Positions 11,231 to 24,459 of a stretch of DNA of 64,000 nucleotides are shown here, piece by piece. How positions within the stretch are numbered: position 1 is the first letter of the stretch; the number at the start of each line of letters is the position of its first letter. The notes under the pieces were generated by a model. The model saw only the letters and a list, made by a program, of their open reading frames with translations, was not told where the DNA came from and ran no database searches. The position numbers and the translations under genes were made by a program. Source of the stretch: Camelus ferus (lineage: Eukaryota). The stretch is from positions 55,366,001 through 55,430,000 of the forward strand of contig NC_045705.1 in assembly GCF_009834535.1 (NCBI RefSeq), written 5' to 3'.

Positions 11231-13544
11231 TAGCTGTTTAATAAGGCTAGTCTTCAGAAATAGCTACCAAATCTGCTTTTCTTCCCCTTCTCAACTACTG
11301 AGTTAATTAAAACTTCTATAATCTTACCTTAACACATTCTATAATCCATCCCCCTTCACAAATGACCCTCAATAGTTTTCCTTTTGAAAAACATACGACT
11401 GATCAATATATAATTAATAAAATGTGACTGAGAAGCAGTGATTCATACTGTAAGCAAAGGGAGCAGAGGGCTCTGTGATGAACTAGGGGAGAGGGACTGA
11501 GGGCTTATATGTAGTCTGAGAAGTGCTCTCTTTGCTCCTGCCAGTGACTTAGGGTAGGCAGGAGGGTGGGTGTTACTTCACCTGGTTGGACTTACCATCT
11601 TTTTCCTGCAATAAAAGATTAAGTTCATGTATCGAGGTCCTGACATTTTACAGATTGTTACATGTTCTAATAATGACTTCCAATTAGTTGACTCCACCTT
11701 CTATATTTTGGATCATCTGTAAACTTATACTACCACCACCCTCTGCCTTCATCTATTATATTATGGAAGTTCTCAGTTAATAATCCTTTAACTCATTTGA
11801 CAAGTATGTTATAGTGGTTATCATCTGCCAAGTACTGCTCCAAATGTGGGCATGCCACTTAGTCCAAGCCCCCGGTTTCATAGAGCTTAAAGTCTGGTAA
11901 TGCCAGTATTTTGCTTCTTGGCCTCATATAAGGTTTCTACTTAGTTACCCTGACATTTTAAAACAGTCATTGTAGGGAAATGTTCTAAAAAGTGCTTTGG
12001 TATTTTAAATATATTATGGTTTCAGAATGCTCCTGGTCAATTTAAGCTTATTTTCATTGGCAGAAATTATTGTCTGTCTAGGTCACTGCCTGTGTGGCAA
12101 CCATTAATTACCCTAACTGTGACCCCTAGTGATGCAGTCAGCTCCCCCTTTTGTGTGCTTCATATTTTCTTTGGTTTAATAAGCCCTTTCATGTGTATTT
12201 TTAAAGTGTATCTTCACTATAACTCTCTAATGCTCTTTTTTCTCTCCCTTTCTGAACCTCTCTTTTCCCTTTCAGACACTCAATTCCCTGGGGAAACTGT
12301 GGTGAGCTTCTCCCAGGGACTGCTTTCCATCTTTTGCAACAGAATCAAATAACCGCTTTGCCCAGCTTTCCAGGCCTCCCATCTCTCAGCCCTTCTGTGC
12401 TCCATTTTCAGATATGCTGTAACCTCTCACTAAGATGACTGTGCTCAGTGTAAGAGGTTCTCTTCTGAGATGACAAAACAAAAGGATGCAGGAAAGGAAG
12501 GACTTCATTTGTGCCAGCTAATGAGAGTTACCATTGTTTTTCCCCCTTGTGTTTGCATATAACATGCTTTGTTCGTATGTTTGTATCTATATATACAACC
12601 CAGGTTTGTTGATACCAGATTGTATATTTAGCACTGTGAGTGTTTTCGCTGTGTGCTTTTGTGTTAGTGGCTGATGTGCAGCTGCAGATTCAGGTTCTCA
12701 ACACAACTCCTTTCTCTCTTTCTGGCTGCATTGCTTTCAAGTGGCCTTGTCGACAGAGACTTTGGCTGAGTTGCTGGAACTCCATCATGCCACCAATCAC
12801 TTTCGCTACTGTCATTGTGATCCCTCTTCCAGCATAACCAGAAACTGACTCACCTACCTCTGGCCAGCATCTGAGAAATCATTTGCAAAGAACTGGATAC
12901 CACAGACTGCAACCTGCATGTGACTGAGTTCCCAATAGCCAGGGCCAAGGAGTTACATAAGAACTCTAGCCCCCTGGGAAGGGCCTCCCCATTGTGGGTT
13001 GTGTCCTTGGACCTGTAGTATGGGACAAAAAATTTCCATATCTCTAAGGATAAAGTTGTATACTTTCTGGTCAGAGATACCTTCTGGTAATGGATGATCT
13101 GCAATCTGCATCATCCAGCAAGTATCCCCCAGAACAGGTCCCAGGAGTTTAGTCAATCAGAGGCATAGTGTCTTTAAATCTCACTTTGGTACCAGGTGAA
13201 GAGTTACTTTTGGCAGACAGGTAGGAGAGGTGCGAAAAGAGCACTCTAGGAAAAAACAGAATTTCTCAAACTCAGTTCAGAAATATATGCACATTTAATA
13301 AATGGCAGAGCCAGAATTCTTACATAAGTTCCCAAACCTTGAGCTCTGTTTTAAGAATTACACTAAATGATTTTTGTAAGAATATAGAACCTCTAACACT
13401 AGTTATATTAATTAATAAAAACACAAATATAAATATATATATTTATATAAGGGGAATGCAGCTTATCATGCATATTAAAAACATGATTTTTTGTCCATCT
13501 CTTCTGTGACTTTCGTCAATTTAATTTTTCATTCTAACCTTGGC

Positions 13545-13650
13545 CTTCTCCTGGGGAAATGGGAAAAAATCGTATTGACTTACAGGATTATTGTAATGAT
13601 AATAATAGGATAATGCCTAGAAGGTGCTCAGTAATTGTTTATTAGGAGTT
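13545..13650 (+). mobile_element. MIR 3' fragment
   Basis: 'aaatgggaaaaaatcgtattgacttacaggattattgtaatgat...gtgctcagtaattgtt'. Confidence 0.55.
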
Positions 13651-13689
13651 AATTGATAAATAAACACTGGCTGTTATAATTATTTATGG

Positions 13690-13880
13690 CAATATCTCTG
13701 GAGTCAACATTTTGGAGTCAGAAAACTTATATTCAGATCCCTTTTCTGCAGTGCAATAGCTGAGAGATGTTGCAAGCATTTCTTACCTTACTGAGCCTCA
13801 TGTTCCCCCACATAGATTCACAAGGGTGATGAAAAATGACAATTCACAAGTCACATGGCTTATCTCTGAATTAAGTGAGG
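13690..13880 (+). mobile_element. MIR SINE
   Basis: 'ggagtcagaaaacttatattcagatcc...tagctgagagatgttgcaagcatttcttaccttactgagcctcatgttccc...taagtgaggtaatgtgt'. Confidence 0.7.
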
Positions 13881-14999
13881 TAATGTGTTTGAGTAGAACA
13901 GCAGTGTTCAACGATAGATCTGAGTTATTATTAAAATAGACATTATCTTTATTACTTATTTGAAATAGATGCTTTAAATGTGAAATTTGAATAGAACAGC
14001 TACAGTTACTTTTTAGTTCACTAGATTGTTCTTAGAGGACTCATTTAAGAAATGCATTTAGCTTGACCGCTAGATGTCAGTAATACTCATATGACAAACA
14101 AACATTCCTTGATTCAACCTACATTTACTGAGCTCCTGCTATGAGTTAGACAACATATGATTTAGGTGCTCAATAAATGTAAGCTAAATCAATAAAAGTT
14201 TGCTGGAAAAATTTAGCGTTTGTATGCAATGGTCAAATCAACTACCTTTCTTGAGCAGATAACAAAAGATCTCATGTGAGGTATCAGGTAACTGCGATTT
14301 TTCAAGATATTTTACATATATCTTTACTTATATAGCTCCAAAGTCAATAACCATCTTCTCTTTGGAAAGTTTTGATTTATTTTATGATCAAAGTATAAAG
14401 GATAAAAATTTAGTGACTCTTCTTGATCATTTATGATATTCTCTGCAAAATGTGTTACAACTGGCTATACGTTTTCATATCAATGTTTTTGAATTTCAAT
14501 GCTAGTTAAAGATGTAGAAAGCTCAATGTTTTCTTCAATACCCATGAATCTTATAAAATATGTAAGAGAATACTCCCGGCATATCAAGTTTTTCTTTATC
14601 TCTTTTTGGGCCTTAGGGAAAGAGTAATATAAAATTTATGTGAACAGTTAGGAATACAAACATAGAAAATGCATGGCAATTACATGGTTATTTCATTCCT
14701 TCTTTTTTTTTTTAAATTTAATACGCAAGGTAAACATGGTAGATTTGATTTCAAAGTGTATTAGTAACATGATTTTTAAAAATCAGCATTATTTTGTGTA
14801 ACTCATGAGTTGTCTAAAAGGATAAAAAGAAATTCAAATCTCTTCAAAGGGAACTCTGAGAACAAAAAGAGAGACAGTATCAAATATCACAGGTACAATC
14901 CTGAGAAAAATGATATAGAATAGTAATTAAGAGGGGGATATATAAAAATACCTGCCTTTAAGTTTTTGTTCAGAATTTTTTCCAGCTCTTCATTTATGT

Positions 15000-15420
15000 G
15001 GGCCAGTGTGCTGGATTTCTTCTCTTTATTTCTCCAGGACCATTCTATACTCTACCCTGGAGGAATCACACGTATGTACTGCACTGGTAGCATCCTTTGC
15101 ACCTTGGCATCTGGTTGGGTTCAGAAAATAGAAAGCAGCAGCAAGAGAGTGAGTGGGAAGGGAGGAAGGTCAGGGTATTTATTCTGGTTTGCACATCCTC
15201 TCTCCTTGCAAGGTGACCTGAAGGTCATCATGGGCTGGGCAAGTCCCTCAAAATAAATCCCAACTCCTGCCAGGTAGATTTCTACACAATGTCTCTGAGT
15301 CTCAAGGTTCCAGGAACCACTTTTCTTCAGGCCAAGGAGTTGTAAATATTTGTCATGTCTGCTATACCTGCTGTTTCTTGTGGTTTTCCTACGCTGTGCC
15401 TATAGTTTGCCATAGAATAA
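15000..15420. mobile_element. Ancient ERVL LTR (LTR33-like)
   Basis: 'ggcatctggttgggttcagaaaatagaaagcagcagcaagagagtgagtgggaagggaggaaggtcagggtatttattc'. Confidence 0.65.
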
Positions 15421-15689
15421 GGGCTCCGGCTTGAGTTTGTAAATATTTTTTTCCAGAACTCTGATTAACACAACCAATAAGCTAGCTGCCTTATTTTTCA
15501 CTGCAGACTTATCTATTTAAACTTACTTTTACTTTATGTAATAAAATACCATGCATAATATATAATATATGCATATATATATTTTATGGGTCTTACTTTT
15601 AACATAAGCAGTTTTATCTTTGAGTTCCAATTTCTCAAAGGCTTTTGAAATACACTCTAATATTGTATCAAAGTAACTAAGTTTGTAGT

Positions 15690-15950
15690 TACTGGAAAAG
15701 ACTAATACACACTTCACAAATGAAGGTTTAAAAATGGCCAATAAGTGCTGAAAGTACAATTAATGTTTCTAGTCATCAGGGAAATGAAAACCAAATCTAC
15801 AATAAGATACTGATTCTCACTAGAGTAGCTAAAATTCAGAAGACAGTACCCCTCCCCAATAATGGTGAGAATGTGGAATGCTTGGGACTCTCATACTTGT
15901 TGATAGGAATGTAAAATCATGAAACCACTTTGGAAGGCTGTTGGTAATTT
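15690..15950 (+). mobile_element. Old L1 fragment (ORF2 end / 3' region)
   Basis: 'aaatggccaataagtgctgaaag...agtcatcagggaaatgaaaaccaaatctacaataagatac...ggtgagaatgtggaa...gataggaatgtaaaat'. Confidence 0.85.
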
Positions 15951-18900
15951 TTTCCGAAATTTCCAGGCTAGCATCTGAAAACTGGAAGTTTCTGAAAGCA
16001 CCTGGAATTTTCCAAGTTTTTTTCCCTTAGGCCAGGATAATATCAACACTCTGACTAAATATTATGAATTATGGATAGATAAACCAAATGAGTGGATCAC
16101 CATTGGAACAGATTTGAGGAAATACTGTATCGGGATTAAATGTTGTGAAAGTCTTCTTCTTTAAGTCAGACTGAGTTTTGTCTGCTCTCAAGATGCTGGT
16201 GAATAATACAAAATTTGATAGAAACAGCACTGATATTTACTGAGCTAGACTGGTTTCTGTACTCTGTAAAGTACTCTGGGATGCATAAATGGTTCCCCTA
16301 GAGAAGGAGTATCTGGGAAAGTAAGAGAGGCTTATGGGAAATGGCATTGTTTTGGAACATTTAATCCAATAGAATATAATTAAATCTGGAGTTACCTTAT
16401 TTTTCTCGTCACCATTTCCTCAATTACTTTTATGTTTTATATTTTTTTCCTCTTATCATATCATATACGCTTGCTATTAAGCCTGTGTATAAATGTACTT
16501 AATATTCAGACACTAGCAAATTCATGCCATATATGACACAAACACAAGAATGTGTGCTCAGATACACTAGCTTTGTGCACAAATCAATAGTAAAACTGTG
16601 CACATATTATTCCCATAACATTGGGATCTTGCTCCAGGTCCAGGGCAGTATTACTTTGACACAGATCACAAGAAGGAAATGGGAAGTTAGAAATCGGGCA
16701 CACCGAGGCTGAATGTACAAATGTATGCAGGACCTGCCCTATCTCTGTATGTGGTGCCCCAGGCAGATATTTTTTCTGGGGTCTCTCAATATACAAACAA
16801 TTTGACTAAAAATGTATTACAAAATTCATGGACCTATGTGATATATAGTAATTTGTCAATGAAGATTTAACTGAGAGGAGAATTAATTATATTTTTGGTT
16901 AGTATGCAGTCAGTACTCATAAAGATTCTTTGTAGTTTCCAGGTACTTTCTTTTTTCTGTTCAGTTCGATGAACTATCTACTCATCTTTTTAACTTGTGA
17001 AAACAGGTGGGATGACCACTCTGGGTAGCAGTGCTAAGGTGACGAAGGAAATAAGGTATCTGTCACTCCCACTGCCCGCTTTGGGTGCTGTAGCTAGGAG
17101 GCAGCATGAGAGTTTGAACATAAATGGCTGAGAGTCAGTGAACAGCTCTAACACATAGCTCAAGCCCAAAGTTCAGTAGGGGACCATTAGTAAACCAGAA
17201 CCCTAAGTTCACCCTTTTTCTGCGATGAGTAATGCGTAAGAGTCACCTCCAGTCAGCATGTCAGTGTGCTTCTGGTGGTTTCACTGCATCTGATTTCTTG
17301 GAAGAAAATCTATGCTATCTAGAAAGTCTTATCTGCTTATCAAACTGCTTTGTTGAAATGAGGTCCCAGCCATGAGATCCTTAAGACAACCCTATAGACA
17401 TGGGTCACAGAGCTCCTTAGGGCAAATGGCTGGCTCCACAAGGTAGTGGGTATTGGAAAAAGAGAAATCTTAGAGTTCTCTGAAGAAGAGAATTGAGGAT
17501 TGGGCCCACATGTCTTTGTTCCAGGTTCAGGGCAACCTGCACAGTGTTGTTTTCCCCATCTGACCGCAAGCACCAGAAATGGACTTAGAAAGTTTTGATA
17601 TGTGCCAAAGGCCATTTCATATCATTGACAGTAGAAAACATTGTCTTTATTTAGTCTGCTTATATATGGTGCAGATGGGGATGACCAGGGAGTTGGTCAC
17701 TTCTCACCACTAGGAATTTATGGATCATAGTGAGGAATAGATACCATTTTAGTCACTCTTTGCTACTATTCTGCTTGCACCTGCAGTCAGGGTTTCTGTA
17801 GTCGTCTTTTTCTCCTTACCAACACCAATTCTACTTGTTCTGTCTCCCGCTTTCCTAGCTATCTCTACGTGGAGCTAATGGTGGCTCTTCACTTATACAC
17901 ATAAAATATTTTCTATCCAAAAAGAATTAAGAGTTTGTGGTTAAAAGGATTTATCTGAGTGATTTCTTGTTACAGCGAAATGATGCTAAATACAGGTACA
18001 TTTTATGCACACAAATTCCTGCCTTTCTTTGAATCTTGGTTTTTTTTTTTTTAATTTGTAAAATGCAGGGGGTAAGTTAGATCTTTCCATCTTTAAAAGT
18101 CTAGGTTCCCATAAAATTTTAGGGGCATGAGACAGAGGTCTAAAAAAACAAAACCAAAAACAATTTATAACTCTTGCAGACAGGCTTAAGGAAGTTCTGT
18201 AAGTTGTTACAGGATGCGAGAATTGTGCTTAGCCAGTGTTAAATTTTAGAGCAAGAGTTGCCAGATTTATAGAAATTGCAACATATTTTGTTGCTTTCCT
18301 TGCCTTATTGGCTGTATCTCTCCTGATTTCCTGATACCTTACTCTGGTATGTTTGGAGCACTTTGTTTACTGTCATCCTACCTAGAGAGGGTTTCTAAAA
18401 CATAGGATATGATGGAGACTTCTCCAGATTTCTACTCAAGAGTGCCCTGGTCAGTCACAAATTTCAATTCAGTGCTCCTTTCACCTAGTTTAACCAAACC
18501 GCATTTTCCAGCTATATCTAGAGTTTGGAAATGAGACTATATATGTGAAATCTACCAGACTGATAAATTATAGTGAGATTATTCTGAGCTTGATATCAAG
18601 ACTGGTCTTATTCTTAAACCATAGAATGATCATGATTCTTTTTCTAAGTTTTCTGAAGTCCATATATTTGAAAGTAAATGGTGTAGCAAACAAGGAATAT
18701 TTTAAATAGAACTCAATTAGAATTAGACACAGGACACACAATTATTCAAATCTAAAATGACTTTGCTTCAAAGGGGAAAACGATATCATGTATTCTTAAT
18801 GCTCACAGTGTAGATTCTCATATTCTTCATTTCACAAAAGCTTGGTTTATTGGAGAAAGAGCAAGAAAGAGAGAAAAGAAAAGAATCATAAAGACAAAAA

Positions 18901-19412
18901 GAAACAAAGTGAAAGACTGACAGATCATTAAAATGAAAAATGAGTTCGTGATTCTAGAGAAGGGAGACAAAATTTGAGGATGACTATAAGGAATATAGTT
19001 ATACTGAACAGGATATTCTAATTCAGACATCTCTACTAACCCATGGCTTGAACTTTATTTTCTTGATTTCTAAAATGAGGTCAGTGTTACAAAGGTTCTA
19101 AACTTACCTAAAGAGAAGACATGGAGAAATGGGGGAGTTCTTGCCCTTTTCCCCCAACCATTCCACTCCAAAACCACTGCTGCCTCCAGTATACCTTTAT
19201 TTTCTTTTAGTCCTTTTCCTTTGTCCAGTTACATGGGGTAGGTGAGCAGAGTGGGCAGAAATAATAGCTTTGCTTAATCTGTTAATCCTAACCCATTTCA
19301 AACAAAAATGAAAAATCTGACAAGTACTATCTACACAACAAAAGACTTGAGAGTTCAGATTATTAAAATTTGAGTAGTATGTGGATATGTTCCCAGTCAT
19401 TTCACAGAATTA

Positions 19413-20341
19413 TTATTTTTGTTCAAATATCTTTATAACCTGCTCTTGTATTTGCTTGGTCCTGACTCCACAGATGACTGGGTTAAGGGCAGGTGGGACA
19501 ACCATGTATAGATTAGCGAAAAGAATGTGGATATATCGGGGAATGTTACGACCAAAGCGGTGTGTCATGAAAGAAAAAAGGGCTGGTGTGTAAAAGCACA
19601 GCATGACACAGACATGAGAACCACAAGTATTGAGAGCCTTCAGTCAGGCATCCTGAGAGGGAAGACAGAAAACAGCTTGGAGGATCAGCACGAAAGAAGA
19701 GGCAATTAGAATCACATCTACAATGATATTAGATATCACCATGAGCCCATAGATAACGTTGACCTTGATGGGTGCACAGGCCAAGTGGGCAAGACTCATG
19801 TGCTTACAGTATGTATGAGGAATGATGTAATGCCCACAGAAGGGCAGGCTCAGAATGAGAAACACAAATGGAGTCACAAGAATTAAATTTCTTCCAACAA
19901 CAGAGGCTAAAATGCTGATGGTTTTATTGGTGAGGATCATGGTGTACTGGAGAGGGTTGCAGATGGCAACAAAGCAGTCATAAGCCATGGCCACCAGTAG
20001 AACAGTCTCCATGCCTGTAAACATGTGGGTAAAGAACATCTGAGCCAAGCAGCCCCCAAAGCTGATCTCTTGGAGGTTGAACCAGAAGATGCCTAGCATT
20101 TTGGGGATGGTGGAGGTGGACAGGCCCAGATCAATCATAGACAACATGACCAGGAAGTAGAACATGGGCTGGTGGAGACGATGTTCAGTCCTGATCACGT
20201 AGAGAATGGTGATGTTCCCCACCAGGGCAACCAGATACACAATACAGAATGGAAAAGCAATCCAGATATGCACAGTTTCCAGTACTGTATTCCTAGCAGG
20301 TGAAAGAAGGGTGGATGGAACTGGGTGTCATTGATAGACAT
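19413..20341 (-). pseudogene. OR52E4: Class I olfactory receptor 52E4-like pseudogene
   Basis: ATG at 20341 ([13 protein letters not shown]); 1-nt deletion near 20286-20288 (GI-P-G codon CCA->CA); 3-nt deletion (SVVGRN vs human SVVVGRN); DRF->DCF; CGA->TGA stop at 19644-19646; frame resumes to TAA at 19413; close match to recalled human OR52E4. Confidence 0.92.
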
Positions 20342-21437
20342 TCTCCTGGAGGTGTCATTGAATTCCTATTAAGAAGTAGGATCTTAACTCTTTCTTATCA
20401 GAGTCCTAGAAATCAGTACACTGGAGGTAATGGTAGTAGTTAATTTAGAAATATTAGAGAGTCTCCTCTTTCCAGAAAGTAATTGAGCAACTTTCTCAAC
20501 ACAAGTTATTGTTCTGAGATTCATCACAAGCAATACTGTTTGTGGCTTTTATTTTGTGTAATGTGAGATCTTTGAAGAACTGTCAATTTTCACAAAGGAG
20601 TATATACTTACATTTTATCTCATTCCCTTCCATCCCTTTTCCAAGTGGCTCTTTAGTTAATTTTTTTTTTTTTAAATTTACAATGCCCAATGGTTCTCAA
20701 AGTGTGCTCTGGTTTTAAAGAGTCCTAAGTCAAAATGAGAACTGCTGATTTATACCACTGTTTGTGTTTTGATATAAATGTAGGGATTAGCCTCATGGAT
20801 CTGGTGCAGTCACTAGGTAAAAGGGAACTTAAACAGATAGTCTCAGAATTTTCCTTATTCTATTTATACTAAAACACCATTGCTATTTTTGAGGCTTGCT
20901 AATCTTATGGAAAGGCATGGTTTCCAATCCCATACCTCCAGGCTCCTGTGTATTCTGTGATTCCCCTGAAGTTCTTACAGTAAATTGCCTTTTGCTTATC
21001 AGCTAAATCATGTTCATCATCCTTACAACTTACAAAATTACTAATTAACATGCAAAATTACACCCCTATCCTGAAATGATGCCTAGCTTCAGGTAGAAAT
21101 AGATCAAATATCTAGCAATTTTAAGTGGCGCTAAAATTAAAGTGTAGTAAATGAATCTTCCCTGATCCCTTAAAGTAATAAAGAAGAAAAATTTTTTTCT
21201 GTTAGCTTTTGGTGTCCTCTAGGATATTGTACAGTTTTGCAGCATCTAATATAACATGCCTTTATTTATCTATCTATTCTCTACCAACAGAAACGCTGCT
21301 ACTGGTGGTAAAGAACCAGGGGATATGCCTTTTAATATCCTTAACATTGCCATATGAAGATATGGTTCCCAGTTTTTAAGAATTTAGCTGTTGAACAGAG
21401 CCATAATTTGTATATGTGAATGTTTTAAGTATTTTCA

Positions 21438-21463
21438 TGTGTGTGTGAGAGTGTGTGTGTGTA

Positions 21464-21494
<31 letters not shown>
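21438..21494. repeat. Compound (TG)n(AG)n microsatellite
   Basis: Direct reading of the sequence. Confidence 0.95.
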
Positions 21495-23239
21495 AAGAAA
21501 TTCTGCATGTCACTCATTGACATATCACTGTTTTCTCACCTGCAGTTGTCTGCTCCAATCCCATATCCTCTGTTGTGTTCTTTTGTGGATAGAATGGAGA
21601 ATAGTACTTTGGATAACTTTTCAGCAAAGTGGAGGCTACTTACCCCTTCTCTCCTCATTTACCTCTTTTCCTCCTCTCTGTAGTATTTCATTTCCTCTGT
21701 CTGTGTATCCTTACCTTTCTAATATTTTCTCTCCCAGTCCTAACTTTGAACAATATCACAGTATAAGCCTTTGTGCTAAAGATGGTGACTGGAGCCCCTT
21801 CAAGCCCCTGGGACACAAGTCTGTTCTGTCACATGGAAGAAAACTTTATAGTGAGTGAGGGCTTTTCTAAGTCTAGGCATATCCCAGAATCCCTGAGCTT
21901 AGCCTTCAAAATCCTCTGGGCATAAACATGGGGTCATGGGTCATTAAATCCATCTAACTCCGTTCTTCTCTACTACATCTGCAGAGAAACATCACCACAT
22001 CAAATATACCTCCTTAGCTCAAGGGAGAGGATGTCTCATGAGCTACTAGGAAGGAAAATATTAAAGAGTGAGAGGAGTCTTTAATATATAGGAGATAATA
22101 TTGACTTTGCTTCCTTCAGAAGGCTTGAAAGTATTTAGGTTTATTTTAGACCATTAAGTCTTCAAAGTGTGACTTCTTAACTATCCTTAGCAACTCTTCT
22201 ACTGTTTTTAATATAAATATGTGCATCCTGATGCAGTATGGCATTGTTACAAATGTGGCTTCTAAAGATGAAGAAGATCCTTGAAACAGACACATTATAA
22301 TCTGTGGCACCAACTCTGTTTTTTGGCAGTGTTCATACCTGTAGATAATAGTATCAAGTTTCTTCCAACCCAGTAAGACTCTCCTTCCCAGATCATAACT
22401 AGTGGTAAACAGATAAATATTTGGAGAGGGGTTTTCCTGTGTTTCAGCTCTTTGGGAAGAGGGTGAAAGAAACTCCACAATCTCCCTCCTGAGAAAACAG
22501 AATCCAATTAGACCTCAAAGTCTAATTTTTCATAGTCTTCTCTCCTGCATGATTATGGAGTTGACCTGAGAGTACCAGGACATGTCATAGGACGTGGCTT
22601 TCCTGAGTGCAAAGAGAAAAATACTGAGGGAAAATTGAATACATTAGACAATAAGTTTTTATTTTTTATCTTCTAAGTTCAGAAAATTTTGAGTTATTAT
22701 GATAGTGGTGATAATGTTGTCTGTGGTCCAAAAGAGATTCTGGTTATATCTACTATGTTCTTGTTTTCATTACTTCTCTTTTTGATCAGCAAGAAGCTTA
22801 CACCCTATTCTCCCATCACTTTCCCATGGTATCCATCCTTACCACTGTATCAACATTTACCTTCCCAAATCAAGTCTGACTCTGTCCAATCTCTTGTTAA
22901 ATAAAATTCCTTCCTCTGACTTCCATTTCTTCATTGTATTCTATAGACTTTATATAATAAAGCACAAACACCCATTGTTGCCAAGTCCTTCAGTCAATAA
23001 CTAATCAATACTTTAAATTTTAATTCTACTCCATGACCCTTCACATTGCACTGTTTTTGGTGATCCAGAGTCCTTCTTATGAAACCATTCATTTCTACTT
23101 TTTTCAGCTCTTCCCCATTTACCATGTCTTCTATGATAGTTTTCTTTACAAAACAAATGTGATCTCTCTGTCTCCTATATCAGTTTGTGCTGCTAGTATA
23201 ACATGTACATTTTTTTCCCCTTTGGCTTAGTGTCTCCTA

Positions 23240-23595
23240 CCTTTCCCATTTTTCCTAATATTTTATTGTGATAGAATACATGTTACATAAAATTTACTGT
23301 CTTAACCATTTTTAAGTACAGTTCAGTAGTACTAAGTACATTCATGTTGTTGAACAACCATAAACACTATCCATATCCAGAAAATTTTCACTTTGGTAAA
23401 GCAAACTCTGTACCCATTAAACAATAACTCCCAGTGACCCACTACCCCCATTTCCTGACAACTACCATTCACTTTTTATTTTTTTAGAGCCCCTTTTCTC
23501 CTATGCCCCAGCATGTGGTAACCATCGCTCTACTCTCTATTACTGTAAGTTTGGCTTTAAAAAGAAAAAAAGATCTCACATAAAACCAAAATCAT
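23240..23595 (-). mobile_element. L1 3' end (L1MA/L1MB-like), running into the gap
   Basis: 'ttttattgtgatagaatacatg...taaaatttactgtcttaaccatttttaagtacagttcagtagtactaagtacattcatgttgttgaacaacca...ctctgtacccattaaacaataactccc'. Confidence 0.9.
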
Positions 23596-23724
23596 NNNNN
23601 NNNNNNNNNNNNNNNNNNNNNNNNNNNNNNNNNNNNNNNNNNNNNNNNNNNNNNNNNNNNNNNNNNNNNNNNNNNNNNNNNNNNNNNNNNNNNNNNNNNN
23701 NNNNNNNNNNNNNNNNNNNNNNNN
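23596..23724. other. Assembly gap (129 N)
   Basis: Run of N characters. Confidence 1.
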
Positions 23725-24420
23725 ATTTAAAAAAATTTCTTGAATTTTTCACTTCAGTCATTATATTCTTCAGCTCCAGTACTTCTGTTTAGTTCATTTC
23801 TTATAGTATCTATTTCTTTGTTAGACTTTTCATTTTGCTTATGTATTGTTTTCCTGATTGCATGAGGGTGTATGATTTCTCTTGTAGTGTATTGAGCTTC
23901 TTTATGATCATTATTTTGATTTTTTTTTTGTTAAACAGTTCGTAGATCTCAGTTTCTTTAGGAACAGTTATTGGAGTTTTATTATTTGCCTTTGTTGGTG
24001 TTGTGTCTGATTCTTTGTGATTTATGTAGCCTTGAGTTGGTATGTGCATTTCAAAGAACAGACATACCTTCCAAGGTTTAGACTGGTTTTGGCAGGTAGC
24101 ATTCTTGTTCTGCCAGGACCGTGGACTCATGGGACTACCCCTGAGATCATGGTTGAGTAGAACTGGAGCTGGGTCTTATGGCTATTATCTGGTCAATAGT
24201 CAGGTCTGCAGTTGACAGGACTGTTACCAGGGTTGCAAATGGATATGACTTCCACTGGGTCCCTGAAAGTCCTCCCATTGGGTCACTGGGCTGGTGTCTA
24301 TTTGGGCAGAACCAGCATCTGATCTTTGGTAGAGTGGGACTAAAATCAGGTCATGGGACCGCTTCAGGGTCATGATTAAGTATGAGGCTGGCTTGTCTAT
24401 TACAGAGAGCATAGATGGGT
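23725..24420 (-). mobile_element. Old L1 ORF1 N-terminus and 5' UTR
   Basis: Minus-strand translation 'PITVPKETEIYELFNKKKIKIMIIKKLNTLQEK' resembles old L1M ORF1p. Confidence 0.8.
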
Positions 24421-24459
24421 TTGGCTCTTCCTGGGACCCTTAGCAGAAGTAGCTAGTGT

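Noticed and set aside
17000-17900. GC-richer unique-looking stretch, considered as a processed pseudogene or OR relic
   Set aside because: The frames I translated gave no recognisable protein or OR motif; possibly an ERV internal relic, but I cannot support a call.
23576-23761. 61-aa ORF in the track
   Set aside because: Artefact of translating through the N gap.
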